Source: a virus
Reading direction: 5' to 3' (one strand)
Length of the DNA: 64,000 bases
IMG/VR virus record: IMGVR_UViG_3300022750_000002
Coordinates: 2,314-66,313 of that record
Of this stretch, positions 25,155 through 35,726 are shown piece after piece. The position numbers and the translations under genes were made by a program. Numbering within the stretch: position 1 is the first letter of the stretch; each line of letters begins with the position of its first letter. Under the pieces are notes generated by a model. The model was not told the DNA's origin. It made no database searches and worked only from the letters and a program-made list of their open reading frames with translations.

Positions 25155-26510
25155 ATGGCAATTACTATTCCAAATAGCACCCCTACTAATTACAGCGATC
25201 CATCGGTAACCCGTTTTGGACTAATTAGTGGCTTGAACATCGTAAACGTTCATGCTTATAACAAGTTTTATGATACTTATGGATTTGCTCCATATTCGCA
25301 ATTAGCGATGTTGCAAGGTAACTACCGTAAAGTAGACAACAAACAATTTAAATGGTACCAAGGACACGGACGTACAATGGGTTTTGTTACAGCAGCAGGA
25401 ACGGTAGCAGGCGCTAACGGTGCGGCGGTTACTGTAACAGTAGGAGCAGGTTCTTACTCGCAAGCAGGAACTAAATCTCTACCTGCATTGGGTTATATTT
25501 TTTATAACTCACGTACAGGCGTTAACTCACGTGTATCGGCGGTTCCTAACAAAACTACCCCTAACGCACACACATTTCAATTAACACCAGTATTGGCTAA
25601 CACCAGTGCGGCTGTAAATGCAGGAGATGAATTGTTAGGACGTGGTTTCCTTTACTTGGGTGAGCAATCAGATAAAACTGATACCATTATCAAAAACATT
25701 GACCAATACACCAACTATGTAACTGAGATTCGTACAGATGATACAATTGGTGATTTGGCTGGTGCTGAGAAAGTAGAGTTTCAAATCAACGGTAACTATT
25801 CATTTACCTACAAACAAATGTTGGATACCGACATGCGTAGAGCTTATGAATTGGATTATCTAATCTTTGAAGGTACACGTACAGACAACTTGGGTTATGT
25901 TGAAGAGGGATCAAATGGTATCATTAAACAAGTTCAAGCCAATGGTATTAACATGGATTATACTACTTGGTCTTTAGCGACCTTCTCTACAATCAACAGA
26001 GCATTAAACTCAGTTGGTGCGCCTAAAGAGTATGACATTTTATCTGATGATAGCGCAATGACCGAAATGCAAAACTCTATCTTCACTGAGATTAACAATG
26101 GTGGAATTGTATATTCTGCTGCTGGTACTCGCGGAGGTATTGATTTAAACAGAGATTACCAATCAATGACCATTTACAAACGTAAATACAACTTTACTCA
26201 GTATGGTTTATTTGATGAGCAGACAGCTTACGGTTCTCAAGGTTTAGGTTTGCGTAACCGTTTCAGCTTATTCATGCCTACAGGTAAGAAAGAAGTACAA
26301 TATGGTGAAAACAGCCCTACAGTATCGGCTCCACGTTTCAGTGTTAACTATATGGTTCCTTTCGAGGGTTCTAACAGATGGCATGTGAAAGAGAATGGTT
26401 TATTCTCAGATGGTGGCGGTACAAAAGCAGAGCGTATCATTACTACAATTGGTTATTTTGGTGCTGAGTTAATTGGTGCTCAACAAGCGTTAATCGCAAA
26501 AGGTAACTAG
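25155..26510 (+). CDS. Major capsid protein
   Basis: 451 aa, position, biased high-expression codons, G-loop-type insert and EGSNGII motif. Confidence 0.85.
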   Translation: MAITIPNSTPTNYSDPSVTRFGLISGLNIVNVHAYNKFYDTYGFAPYSQLAMLQGNYRKVDNKQFKWYQGHGRTMGFVTAAGTVAGANGAAVTVTVGAGSYSQAGTKSLPALGYIFYNSRTGVNSRVSAVPNKTTPNAHTFQLTPVLANTSAAVNAGDELLGRGFLYLGEQSDKTDTIIKNIDQYTNYVTEIRTDDTIGDLAGAEKVEFQINGNYSFTYKQMLDTDMRRAYELDYLIFEGTRTDNLGYVEEGSNGIIKQVQANGINMDYTTWSLATFSTINRALNSVGAPKEYDILSDDSAMTEMQNSIFTEINNGGIVYSAAGTRGGIDLNRDYQSMTIYKRKYNFTQYGLFDEQTAYGSQGLGLRNRFSLFMPTGKKEVQYGENSPTVSAPRFSVNYMVPFEGSNRWHVKENGLFSDGGGTKAERIITTIGYFGAELIGAQQALIAKGN

Positions 26511-26523
26511 AATTACAAACTCT

Positions 26524-26551
26524 AAGCCCTCATCAATCGGTGGGGGCTTTT
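26524..26551 (+). terminator. Terminator after the capsid gene
   Basis: AAGCCCTCAT/GGTGGGGCTT plus T-tract. Confidence 0.75.
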
Positions 26552-26567
26552 TAACATTATAAACAAC

Positions 26568-27449
26568 ATGGAAACAGCAACAGAAGAAAAAGTAACAAGA
26601 AAAGGTAACCCAAATTTTGGTAAAAAGGCAGAGCCTAGTACTGGATTTTGGAGGTTTAAATTGGTTAACACGTTTGATTATTTAAAACCCAAAGATTCTA
26701 AAACGGGACTTATTGAGTCAAACCCATATCCAGACATTTACATTGTAGCAAATGCAGGAGTGGCGGTTGATCAGAAAACAGGTGATTTTAGGCATTGGAG
26801 ATATTTGTTTGGGTTCAAATCTATTTGGGTGGATGAACAAGAAACTTTAACGAGTAAACCTAGCAAGAATCAAATTTTCAATGAAAAGAATGATATTATC
26901 TTCACTAAGGGGTTTTTAAGATTCCCTAAGACAAATAAAGCCTTGTATGAGGCATTGACTACCAATGATGCTTTTGCAGGCAATACAAACCCTGTAAACG
27001 ACACTCCAAAGGTTTATGAGTTAATTGATGAGGCAAAACAAATCCAGGGCATTAGAAATTCAGCAGATTTAGCTTTTGAAGCGGAGAGTTTAGCTAGAAC
27101 ATGTAGCGTGGAAGAGATGCTTCCTATTGCGCAGTTATACGGATTTGACACGAATGAAGAGCCTGAGATTATTAGAACTAATTTTATTTTAGCTTCCAAA
27201 GGTAATCCTAAGCAGTTTATGGAGAACTTCAACAATCCTAAATTTAAAGTGAAGTTTGCAATTTCAACAGCTATTCAAAGAGGATTGATTACAGCGACAG
27301 AAAATAAGTTGATTTATAATGAGAGTGGCAAGAGCCTATTTCAGGTAAACAGTAATGGAGATGTAGCAGAGCAAATTGCTAACAAAGTATTAGATGGTGA
27401 CGAAATCGCTATCAAATTGCTTGAACAGTTAAAAGCAATTCAAGGGTAG
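26568..27449 (+). CDS. Putative head cargo/structural protein
   Basis: Post-capsid position typical of crAss-like relatives. Confidence 0.55.
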   Translation: METATEEKVTRKGNPNFGKKAEPSTGFWRFKLVNTFDYLKPKDSKTGLIESNPYPDIYIVANAGVAVDQKTGDFRHWRYLFGFKSIWVDEQETLTSKPSKNQIFNEKNDIIFTKGFLRFPKTNKALYEALTTNDAFAGNTNPVNDTPKVYELIDEAKQIQGIRNSADLAFEAESLARTCSVEEMLPIAQLYGFDTNEEPEIIRTNFILASKGNPKQFMENFNNPKFKVKFAISTAIQRGLITATENKLIYNESGKSLFQVNSNGDVAEQIANKVLDGDEIAIKLLEQLKAIQG

Positions 27450-27470
27450 TTTCCGTTTATTCTGTTTGAG

Positions 27471-27503
27471 GCGGGTTGTTCTTAATTGGGCAATCCGTTT
27501 TTT
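27471..27503 (+). terminator. Terminator
   Basis: GCGGGTTGTTC/GGGCAATCCGT plus T-tract. Confidence 0.75.
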
Positions 27504-27549
27504 GTTGTGTTTATTTCATACATTTGTTTTAAGCAATTAATATTACGGT

Positions 27550-28191
27550 ATGGAAGATATTAACTATTGCAAAGAGTTATTGCAATACAGGGCAACAAAA
27601 GCAGGTTATAATGGAAATTTAAGCCCGAATGATTTCAATAGAATATTTTCAAGTGCAGAAAGAAAGTATTTCAATTTTCTGTATAAGCAATACGGGATCA
27701 ATCAGGATAATGTAGATACACTTACAAGGTTCAAATCAGACCCTTTAGTGATTACGATTGATTCTAATGGTAAGTACACCAAAACAAGCGATTTACTTCA
27801 CATAGATAGCATTAGGCATACTGTTGGGGGTATTCAAGTGCCTATTACTAAAGTTAATGATGATAGGCTTGGTAGTTATTTATCATCTAGCTATGATGCT
27901 CCTGATGCTAATTACCCTATATATGTTGATTACAAAACTTACATACAGTTCTATCCGATTAATTTAGGCACAGCAACATTGGTTTATTTAAAAGATTTAA
28001 CTCCTTCCAAATGGGCTTATACTATATCGCAAGGTCGTGCCGTGTATGATGCTACAAATTCAGTTCAACCAAATTGGTCATCAGCAGACATTGATGAGTT
28101 GATTTATATGGCAGGCGTAGATATAGGATTAAATTTGCGAGATCAAACGGTTATGCAAGTAAATGATATTAAAGCTAAAGAAAATGTATAA
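27550..28191 (+). CDS. Tail ring/adaptor protein 1
   Basis: Position and size; FYP...LVYL ring-protein pattern. Confidence 0.65.
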   Translation: MEDINYCKELLQYRATKAGYNGNLSPNDFNRIFSSAERKYFNFLYKQYGINQDNVDTLTRFKSDPLVITIDSNGKYTKTSDLLHIDSIRHTVGGIQVPITKVNDDRLGSYLSSSYDAPDANYPIYVDYKTYIQFYPINLGTATLVYLKDLTPSKWAYTISQGRAVYDATNSVQPNWSSADIDELIYMAGVDIGLNLRDQTVMQVNDIKAKENV

Positions 28192-28826
28192 TGGCAGCAA
28201 CAACGTATAAAAAATTAGCAGAATTAATTAGAGATACATATTATGCGTCTCATCCGTCTGATGATGCGGTTAAGTCATTGAGATACTTTGCTGAGTTGAT
28301 TGCTACGGCTGTTGCTGAGTGTGCTAATGAGGATGCGATATTAAACTCAAATCAAGGAGAAAATTTCTATGCAAATAACCAATTTATATCCACGTTTAAG
28401 GGTGTTCAACTATTGCTCGACACAGACAATACAATTTATAGTGTTTTGCCCTCTACCCCAACGGGTATGCCTAACGGTCGTGAAATAATATCTGTAAAGA
28501 TTGAGGGGAATACGTGTATGGATTGTATCCCGATGAAAGCTCAGGCATCCTTTGCTCAAGACTTAATAGGGTTGCCGTGTGGCATAACTTTATATGAGGT
28601 AAACGGGACTAAATTAATATTTAAAACATCAAACCCATTATTTGATCCTGCTAATACGGCTACGATAAAAATGGTTGGCGCTGTAAGCGGTAGTGATTTA
28701 TTAACTAGCGATTTAACAATTCCTAAGAACTACGAAGGAAGGATATGGGATAAGATTATGGCTAGGATATTGCCTTTAAAACCAATACAACAAGATTTGA
28801 TAAACGACTCAATTAGCAACCCATAA
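28191..28826 (+). CDS. Tail ring/adaptor protein 2
   Basis: Position and size. Confidence 0.6.
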   Translation: MAATTYKKLAELIRDTYYASHPSDDAVKSLRYFAELIATAVAECANEDAILNSNQGENFYANNQFISTFKGVQLLLDTDNTIYSVLPSTPTGMPNGREIISVKIEGNTCMDCIPMKAQASFAQDLIGLPCGITLYEVNGTKLIFKTSNPLFDPANTATIKMVGAVSGSDLLTSDLTIPKNYEGRIWDKIMARILPLKPIQQDLINDSISNP

Positions 28827-29587
28827 TGAAGATAACGTTAAAAGAAATAATAGGACAATTTTTAAACTCATCAGACCAATCGTCTCATGAGTTTTTAAGA
28901 TTATGGAACATTGGTGTTTTTGGGTTAAAGACAGAGTTTAACTTGGATATTACAGGGACATTCAAAACTGCTATATTGGATGTTAATCCAAACAGCACCG
29001 TCACTTTGCCTTGCGACTACATTAAATATTCTAAAATAGGTGTTGTTAATGGACAGGGAGAGGTTGTAACCTTCAAAAGAAACAATCAGCTTTCAACATT
29101 AGATACAGGGGGACAAAGCAGATTAGTTGGTGCCCCTATTGGTGGGGGTGTAGATTATTCTCCGTTTCCTTATGATGGGCTATATTACAACAACTATTAT
29201 TACGACGGTGTTACTTATAACTTATACGGTTCTAATAGTGGTACCGCAAATATTGGCGAATACAAGGTTGATGAAGGCCAAGGATTAATATTCTTAGACC
29301 CAAGAACAAGTCACAGCAAAATTGTATTAGAGTATTTATCTGATGGATTTGATGGTAGTTGTGGAGATTACGCTATTGATGTACGTGCCGCTGAAACAAT
29401 GATTGCTTATTTGAGATGGAAAGATGCAATAGATTCAAGAAAGAAATTTCCTATGAATGTTGTTGTTGAATTTAAAAAAGAATTTTACAGAAATAAGCGT
29501 TTAACAAAAATGAGAACCAATCCTTTTGTTTTGAACGAATTAGAGCATTCTATGCGCGTGAGCACTAAATTGGTACCAAAATCATAA
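28826..29587 (+). CDS. Tail ring/adaptor protein 3
   Basis: LPCDYIKYSKIG...IVLEYLSDG pattern. Confidence 0.65.
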   Translation: MKITLKEIIGQFLNSSDQSSHEFLRLWNIGVFGLKTEFNLDITGTFKTAILDVNPNSTVTLPCDYIKYSKIGVVNGQGEVVTFKRNNQLSTLDTGGQSRLVGAPIGGGVDYSPFPYDGLYYNNYYYDGVTYNLYGSNSGTANIGEYKVDEGQGLIFLDPRTSHSKIVLEYLSDGFDGSCGDYAIDVRAAETMIAYLRWKDAIDSRKKFPMNVVVEFKKEFYRNKRLTKMRTNPFVLNELEHSMRVSTKLVPKS

Positions 29588-29589
29588 TA

Positions 29590-32500
29590 ATGAGTATAGA
29601 AGCAAGAAATTTTAAGCAAGGTGGTATGGATTCAGACTCCACTACCGATGATATTCAATCTAACGATTATGTTAGCGCTTATAACTTTAGGGTAACAGGT
29701 ACTTCTGAGTCAGAAAGCGGTGATGGAACAAATATAGAAGGCACCAACTTAATATCTTCAACGCTGGGTGGGGGATTAAATAAATGTATAGGTGCGGCAG
29801 GATTTCCAACATTAAGAAAAGGATATGCTTTTATATACAATTCACAAGGTCTTTGGCAGTTAAAAGAGTTTGACTACGATACATTAACTGAAACTGTATT
29901 ATTCACCAATAAAACAGATAGTGGTGGGATCAGTGTTTTTGATTTAGACCCACAATACTACATAAACGATATTAAGCTCATACAAGACCGTTATTTATGT
30001 TTTAATGACAGTTACTCAACTCCACATTATATCGACCTTGTACGGCTTAAAAATGGCTCATATGGCTCTTTAATTAGCGAAGATTTCTCATTGATTAAGG
30101 GACAGCCTATAAAAGAACCAAAAGCAGTTTACAATAACGATAGTGGTAGGTCTGTTAATCTTTTAAAGAACAGACTTTTTCAATTTAGGGAGCAATGGGG
30201 TAAGCTTGACAATGAGTCTACTGCATGGGGAACAATAAGTAAAAGAGTAGTTCCTATAGATGAACCAACACCTGCCAAAGGAACTGATGTTACTGTAGCT
30301 AATAATATGATCGTTAGTGTTGATGCAGGCAACAATAGAACGTCAAAAATCAGGGTTGCCGCTAGATATGATTTATTAGATTGGTTTTTAATCAAAGACA
30401 TTTTAAGATCGACAGTAGTTGCATTGCCTAATACTACAGTAAATGTTGCTCAGGAAATTTATGAGGCTTATGACCCTGCTACAAATATATATTCATTTGC
30501 TTTTTATAACGATGGTAACTATCAAAATGTAAACGTTCTTGAAACTGATTTGCCTTACGATTATGTTCCAAATGTTGCAGAGACAATGGAAGTGATTAAT
30601 GGTAGCATATTAGTGTTAGGGGGCATTACTGAGGGATACGATAGACCTGTGGCTGATGTAAGCATTTCAGTTAACTCGTATGATCCTAAAATAAATGTTG
30701 ATAGTGTAGCCCCTGATCCATTAAGAATTACCAGTACTACCAATGACAGAATCCCAAATAGTCACGAGAGATCGGTAAGCATCTATTTTGCAGGTTTACC
30801 TAAAACGGGAGATAAGATTATTATTCAAACTAGGGATATAAGGGATTACGCTTCTGTAAACAACTTACCAGTGTATACGGTACCTAGTACTCAAAATAAT
30901 AATTTAACGGCCGTATTGGCTTCTTTAGCGGCTTCTATACCTAATTCATGGGCTACTTCAAATCAAATTAACTTTAAGACAGCGCCATATTACGAATTGT
31001 CATTTGCAAGGTTAGAATTGGCTAATGCCGGAACAGGAGCATCTAAAAGCATTCACGCATTAAAATCCAATTCAAGTTATCAATTGGCTTTGGCTAATTA
31101 TGATGCTAACGGAAAGTACTTCCCTATAGTTACCGATGAAAGGTTTGTTATTAAAACGCCTAGCTATGCTTTAACTCATGGGCTTACCTCTCAAATAAAT
31201 TGGGATTTAAAGAATAGCAAGCCTCCTATAGGCTCTGTAAGCTATCAATGGTTATTAACGCTGAATAACACTCACGCTACAGACTTATACGTTAATGGGG
31301 CTTATAGTGATGCTAAAAGCGATGCTGACTACTTGGTGTTTAATATTAGTTCCTTATGGAAATTCAATGAGGTTAATTCATCTTCTATATTGAACTATGA
31401 TTATTCAGCAGGAGACAGAGTAACATTGATGTTTACCTTTTCAGGCACAAACACCCCTATTAAGTGGTTTGATTCTCCGGCTATTGATGTTGAAGTTGTG
31501 GGTTTAGATGTTGAAGTCGATACAAGCGTAACTCCAAATGTAAGTAAGTACTATTTAAAGGTTAGAAAATCTGCTTCCTTAAATGTTGCTGATATAAACG
31601 GTGTAGGGGTTTTAATGGAGATTTACTCACCTAAAAAAAGAGTTACTGTTTCGGATGGTGTTACTACAGATAATCCTCAGCTATTTTATGAGATAGGAGA
31701 AAGATTTGATGTTGTAAATGGGGAATATAGCGTAAAACAAGGCACTATCAGAGATGGAGACGTTTATTTTAAAACAAGAACATATTCAGGGGTTTTAGAT
31801 CCAAACATTGCATTTCAGTTTTTAGTTGAAGATTTTAACTTTAGTGACTTCTATCAAAGCAATTACTATTCTATAGGCAGACCTAGAATTTATGATGATG
31901 AACAAGGAAAAGTAAAGAAGGGAGCGTCTATAAGATATTCAGATACTTTTATTCAAGGTAGCAAGGTAAATGGCATAACCAGATTTTATGGGGAAAGAAT
32001 TTACGGTGAGGGTGCAGGGGAAACTTCAAGCAACTACGGTTCAATCAAAAAGCTTAGGGTAAGGGATAATTATTTGATATGTATTCAAGAGTTAAAGGTG
32101 GGTCACATTCCTTTAAACATGAGTATTGTAGAAGATCAGGCAGAGCAAAGACAGTATGCTATATCTGATAAGTTATTAAATTACGTAAGGTATTTATCGG
32201 GGAACTTTGGGATTGGTAATGCTAAGGAGAGTTATGGAGAAAGCCAAAATGGAACTATATATTTTGCAGACCCAAACAATAGCCTACCTATAAGGGACGG
32301 ATACGATGGCTTGAAGGTTATATCAGGTAAGATGACCAAGTACTTCCGTAGAGTCTTAAAACAAGCTAAAGCTGATGGATTAAAGATCATTGGTTATTAC
32401 GATAATTTTAATGACGAGTTTAATTTGTCAATAGAGAATAGAAATGGTGTTTTAACAAACTTTGTATTTAATACAACTGATTGGCAATTGTTGGATAACT

Positions 32501-33843
32501 ACGTTATTAATCCTGCCGATTTGGTTATTACCAGTAATTCAAATGGAAGTACTGTGTTAAATGGTGATGGCACTGCGACTTTTACCCCTACATCAGGTTA
32601 TACAGGGAACGGAGGTTTTACATTTAGTTTCTTAAACGGAGGTGCTACGGTTACTAAGAACACATGTATAAACATCACTCCTGGAACGACTACTATTTAT
32701 CCTTTTTATTTTATTGATTTAACGGATCAAGAGGTTAATACAATAGTATATTCAAACTCTGTGCTTATAGGTGGAAATAATATTTCTGTTCCAATCAGTA
32801 TTACGGGGGGAGAATATCAAATTAACTCAGGTGCTTGGGTTAGTGTGAATGGAATGGTTAATGCAGGGGATACAGTAATTGTTAGGCAAACAACAAGTTC
32901 CTCAAATGAAGTTACGACAAGCGCCGTTTTAACAGTGGGTGCATATTCAGATAGTTTTGATGCTAAAACACAAGTAGCAGTTGATCCAGCAATTATGTTT
33001 TACTACACTACTACATGGGGTAATAACCCTTATACAGAGGCATCTTTTGATATTGAAAGAAATGATGTATTAATAATTCAACAAACAGCTCAAGAAACAA
33101 GCAATGACTTCAATGGTGTGTTTGTAAAAGGGAATAAAATTAAGATTATCCATACAAGTTTACCTGCTAATTATCCTTGGGAAACACTTTCAGGAAGTAG
33201 GCTGAGAATAGTAAAAAACAGTACAACTGAAATATTCAATAATATAATTGGAACACAAGCAAATCCATTACAAAGCTTTACGGTGACTACAGATTCTTCA
33301 TTTGATAGAATTGACATGTATATAACGGGGGAGAGCACTAAGACGGGAGTTATAACAAAACTATTAAGGCCGTATATATTTTTAAATTCAGCAGGTGTTT
33401 TTGAATTAGATATAGTAGATAATACTAATTCAGCAACTAAACTGGATGTTGTTCCTGCTGTTGGTGGGGATAATTTCAAGGTTAACTATATAAGCGATGG
33501 TAATACATTAACATTAAACGTTCAAAATACATCAGGAGTTGGGAAAGGTGTTTATGTTGAGGCAGGAAGTGGGTTTACTTACACAGGAACAGTAGGGGCT
33601 GCTTCAACATTACCTATAACGGGTATACCTAAAACAGGAGATATATATTTCTTTGATGTGGCTAATACGGGATTTATACATAGAGCAGACTTTACAAGAA
33701 ATAATTGTGGTGGCGGGGCAACAGGTGGAACCGTTCCATATGTTAAAGGCTATGTAGATTCAGCAGCCGCAACAGCAGATAACGCAAACTTTGACATTGA
33801 GGGACAAGCTAGGGCTAACTCATTAGGAACTTGTACAATTTAA
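29590..33843 (+). CDS. Tail muzzle/stabilisation protein, N-terminal part, with inserted Ig-like domains and C-terminal DUF5977-like domain
   Basis: GGMDSD N-terminus, NYGSIKKL, IIGYYDNFNDEF; RADFTRNNC...QARANSLGTC at end. Confidence 0.8.
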   Translation: MSIEARNFKQGGMDSDSTTDDIQSNDYVSAYNFRVTGTSESESGDGTNIEGTNLISSTLGGGLNKCIGAAGFPTLRKGYAFIYNSQGLWQLKEFDYDTLTETVLFTNKTDSGGISVFDLDPQYYINDIKLIQDRYLCFNDSYSTPHYIDLVRLKNGSYGSLISEDFSLIKGQPIKEPKAVYNNDSGRSVNLLKNRLFQFREQWGKLDNESTAWGTISKRVVPIDEPTPAKGTDVTVANNMIVSVDAGNNRTSKIRVAARYDLLDWFLIKDILRSTVVALPNTTVNVAQEIYEAYDPATNIYSFAFYNDGNYQNVNVLETDLPYDYVPNVAETMEVINGSILVLGGITEGYDRPVADVSISVNSYDPKINVDSVAPDPLRITSTTNDRIPNSHERSVSIYFAGLPKTGDKIIIQTRDIRDYASVNNLPVYTVPSTQNNNLTAVLASLAASIPNSWATSNQINFKTAPYYELSFARLELANAGTGASKSIHALKSNSSYQLALANYDANGKYFPIVTDERFVIKTPSYALTHGLTSQINWDLKNSKPPIGSVSYQWLLTLNNTHATDLYVNGAYSDAKSDADYLVFNISSLWKFNEVNSSSILNYDYSAGDRVTLMFTFSGTNTPIKWFDSPAIDVEVVGLDVEVDTSVTPNVSKYYLKVRKSASLNVADINGVGVLMEIYSPKKRVTVSDGVTTDNPQLFYEIGERFDVVNGEYSVKQGTIRDGDVYFKTRTYSGVLDPNIAFQFLVEDFNFSDFYQSNYYSIGRPRIYDDEQGKVKKGASIRYSDTFIQGSKVNGITRFYGERIYGEGAGETSSNYGSIKKLRVRDNYLICIQELKVGHIPLNMSIVEDQAEQRQYAISDKLLNYVRYLSGNFGIGNAKESYGESQNGTIYFADPNNSLPIRDGYDGLKVISGKMTKYFRRVLKQAKADGLKIIGYYDNFNDEFNLSIENRNGVLTNFVFNTTDWQLLDNYVINPADLVITSNSNGSTVLNGDGTATFTPTSGYTGNGGFTFSFLNGGATVTKNTCINITPGTTTIYPFYFIDLTDQEVNTIVYSNSVLIGGNNISVPISITGGEYQINSGAWVSVNGMVNAGDTVIVRQTTSSSNEVTTSAVLTVGAYSDSFDAKTQVAVDPAIMFYYTTTWGNNPYTEASFDIERNDVLIIQQTAQETSNDFNGVFVKGNKIKIIHTSLPANYPWETLSGSRLRIVKNSTTEIFNNIIGTQANPLQSFTVTTDSSFDRIDMYITGESTKTGVITKLLRPYIFLNSAGVFELDIVDNTNSATKLDVVPAVGGDNFKVNYISDGNTLTLNVQNTSGVGKGVYVEAGSGFTYTGTVGAASTLPITGIPKTGDIYFFDVANTGFIHRADFTRNNCGGGATGGTVPYVKGYVDSAAATADNANFDIEGQARANSLGTCTI

Positions 33844-34757
33844 AACATATGTATACGACATTACAAAATACGCCAATAACAATAAATCTTCTTGAGCAAG
33901 GTAATTCAAGGGGTTGGAGCATAGAGGGTACTGATGCTGTACATGAAACATGTAATTCAGGAGACTTAGGATTGGTTACATACCCAATTACAGCAGGACT
34001 CACCTATGAGGTCAGCTATCAGGTTAAAAACATATCAGGAGGCTATGTAGTTCTTTCTTTAGGAGGGGCTACATCAGTGAACAGAACTGGTGCAGGTTTT
34101 TATACAGATACGCTAACGGCTACAACAAATGCTACAGCTAAATTCTTTTCAAATGCGAATACTAGGTTGAGTGTTTTTGTTCCAAGAATTGTAACAAATG
34201 TTTTAAATGTAAAATCTCAGGATACTATAGTTTGGAGTGAGAAGAATAATAAATGGAGTGATTGGAGAGGTTATAACCCTGATTGCGGCTATTCTTTGTT
34301 CACAAACCTATTTACGTATAACAATGGCAGTCTATATCGCCACAGCCTCTTAAATACTCGCAACAACTTCTATGGGGTTCAACATCCAACCATCGTAGAT
34401 ATTCCTTTTAATGCGGGGAAAACGCAACCAAAAACATTTGAGGCTATTAGTTATGAAAGCAACATGCTAATGATAACTACTGCTGATGGGATAAAAACCA
34501 GTTTAGGCAAAATTAGTGAGTTGATTGATGTTGACTTTTTAAAGGATACGCTAGATGATGGAGTAACTCAAATCGAAATATTTGATGTAGAGGGGATATA
34601 TAGTGCAGGATTCATGAAGAGTAAGCCTGATTTAATAAATGGTAGTCCACTTAAAGGAACTTGGATAACAATTGAGCTAATACAGGTTAATGTTGGAGTA
34701 TTAAAATTAAGCAATGTTTATGTTCATTCAGAACACAGCGCTATAGGGAGCCGTTAA
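33831..34757 (+). CDS. Muzzle/stabilisation protein C-terminal part as a separate gene (likely ATG 33849)
   Basis: TIVWSEKNNKWS...YNPD...FTYNNGSLYRH...NNFYG...PKTFEAIS motifs. Confidence 0.8.
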   Translation: MYNLKHMYTTLQNTPITINLLEQGNSRGWSIEGTDAVHETCNSGDLGLVTYPITAGLTYEVSYQVKNISGGYVVLSLGGATSVNRTGAGFYTDTLTATTNATAKFFSNANTRLSVFVPRIVTNVLNVKSQDTIVWSEKNNKWSDWRGYNPDCGYSLFTNLFTYNNGSLYRHSLLNTRNNFYGVQHPTIVDIPFNAGKTQPKTFEAISYESNMLMITTADGIKTSLGKISELIDVDFLKDTLDDGVTQIEIFDVEGIYSAGFMKSKPDLINGSPLKGTWITIELIQVNVGVLKLSNVYVHSEHSAIGSR

Positions 34758-34758
34758 G

Positions 34759-35031
34759 ATGTTTAAATGCAGTGGATGTGGTTTATGTTGTAAGAATGTT
34801 AAACGTGCGGCAGAAGCCACTAAACACGTTAAAGAATTATCATTTCCCTACAGTTGGGATGAAACAGGGAGATGTGAGAAATTAAATAGTGACAATACGT
34901 GTTCTGTTTATAATGAAAGACCATTACTTTGCAATGTTGATGAGGTAATAAAATTCTTTAACTTAGATAAGGACAATTTTTACAAAATCAATGAGTTAGC
35001 TTGTAAAGAGTTACAAGATGAAAATAATTAA
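34759..35031 (+). CDS. YkgJ-family Zn/Fe-S cysteine-cluster protein
   Basis: CSGCGLCC...CEKL...CSVYNERPLLC. Confidence 0.85.
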   Translation: MFKCSGCGLCCKNVKRAAEATKHVKELSFPYSWDETGRCEKLNSDNTCSVYNERPLLCNVDEVIKFFNLDKDNFYKINELACKELQDENN

Positions 35032-35060
35032 TACATTTGTTAAACTTAAATAAATAATAT

Positions 35061-35726
35061 ATGCCTTTACCATTAGTAGCATCACTAGGAATTGCCGCCG
35101 CGCCATCAATTTTAAAGGGTATCGGAGGCTTAATAGGTATCGGAAAAGGAAACCGGATGGCTAAAGCCAATATTCGTCCTATAGAACTAGTTAACTCTAA
35201 CATAGCTAAAAATGCGGCTATGGCAGAACAAATGGCTGATACAGGATTACCCCAACAACAATACAATCAAGCGGTTCAAAACATTCAAAGAAATCAAACA
35301 GGGGGATATGCTGCATTGGGTAGGAGTGCTAATCCCTCAGCAGGATTAAATTCTTTAGTTAGAGCAGGAAATGATGCCACGCTTAACCTAGATGTTCAGG
35401 ATGCTAACGCAAGACAAAATAATCAAAGGTTTGCTTTTGGTCAAAGAGCACAATTGGCCAACGAACAAAACAGGGTTTGGGACTGGAATAATCGTCAAAA
35501 ATTCAGAGAAAATGCGCAAGCGGCATCTGAGACTATACGTGCAGGAAAGTCAAATGCTTTTGGGGCCTTAAGTGATTTGAGTCAATTAGGACAAAGTGTT
35601 GCTTCTGGGCAATTCGGTAATGGTAGTCAAGACAATACTCCAAATCAATTGGGTGGATTAACCCCTGCTGCTCAACCTAGGGTTTATGGATATAATGGTG
35701 GATTTAAAACTAACAGACTTTACTAA
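35061..35726 (+). CDS. Ejection/pilot protein 1
   Basis: Gly/Ala-rich amphipathic N-terminus, Q/N-rich helical body. Confidence 0.7.
   Translation: MPLPLVASLGIAAAPSILKGIGGLIGIGKGNRMAKANIRPIELVNSNIAKNAAMAEQMADTGLPQQQYNQAVQNIQRNQTGGYAALGRSANPSAGLNSLVRAGNDATLNLDVQDANARQNNQRFAFGQRAQLANEQNRVWDWNNRQKFRENAQAASETIRAGKSNAFGALSDLSQLGQSVASGQFGNGSQDNTPNQLGGLTPAAQPRVYGYNGGFKTNRLY

Noticed and set aside
13289-26510. Inteins or group I/II introns in the helicase, terminase, portal or capsid genes
   Set aside because: ORFs are continuous and of normal size, with no splicing motifs.
33680-33843. DGR or shufflon acting on the DUF5977-like domain
   Set aside because: No reverse transcriptase, template-repeat copy or recombinase seen in the window.
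33825-33851. Programmed -1 frameshift fusing the two muzzle ORFs
   Set aside because: No in-frame XXXYYYZ slippery heptamer before the TAA and no downstream stimulator; ATG 33849 has its own A-rich initiation region.
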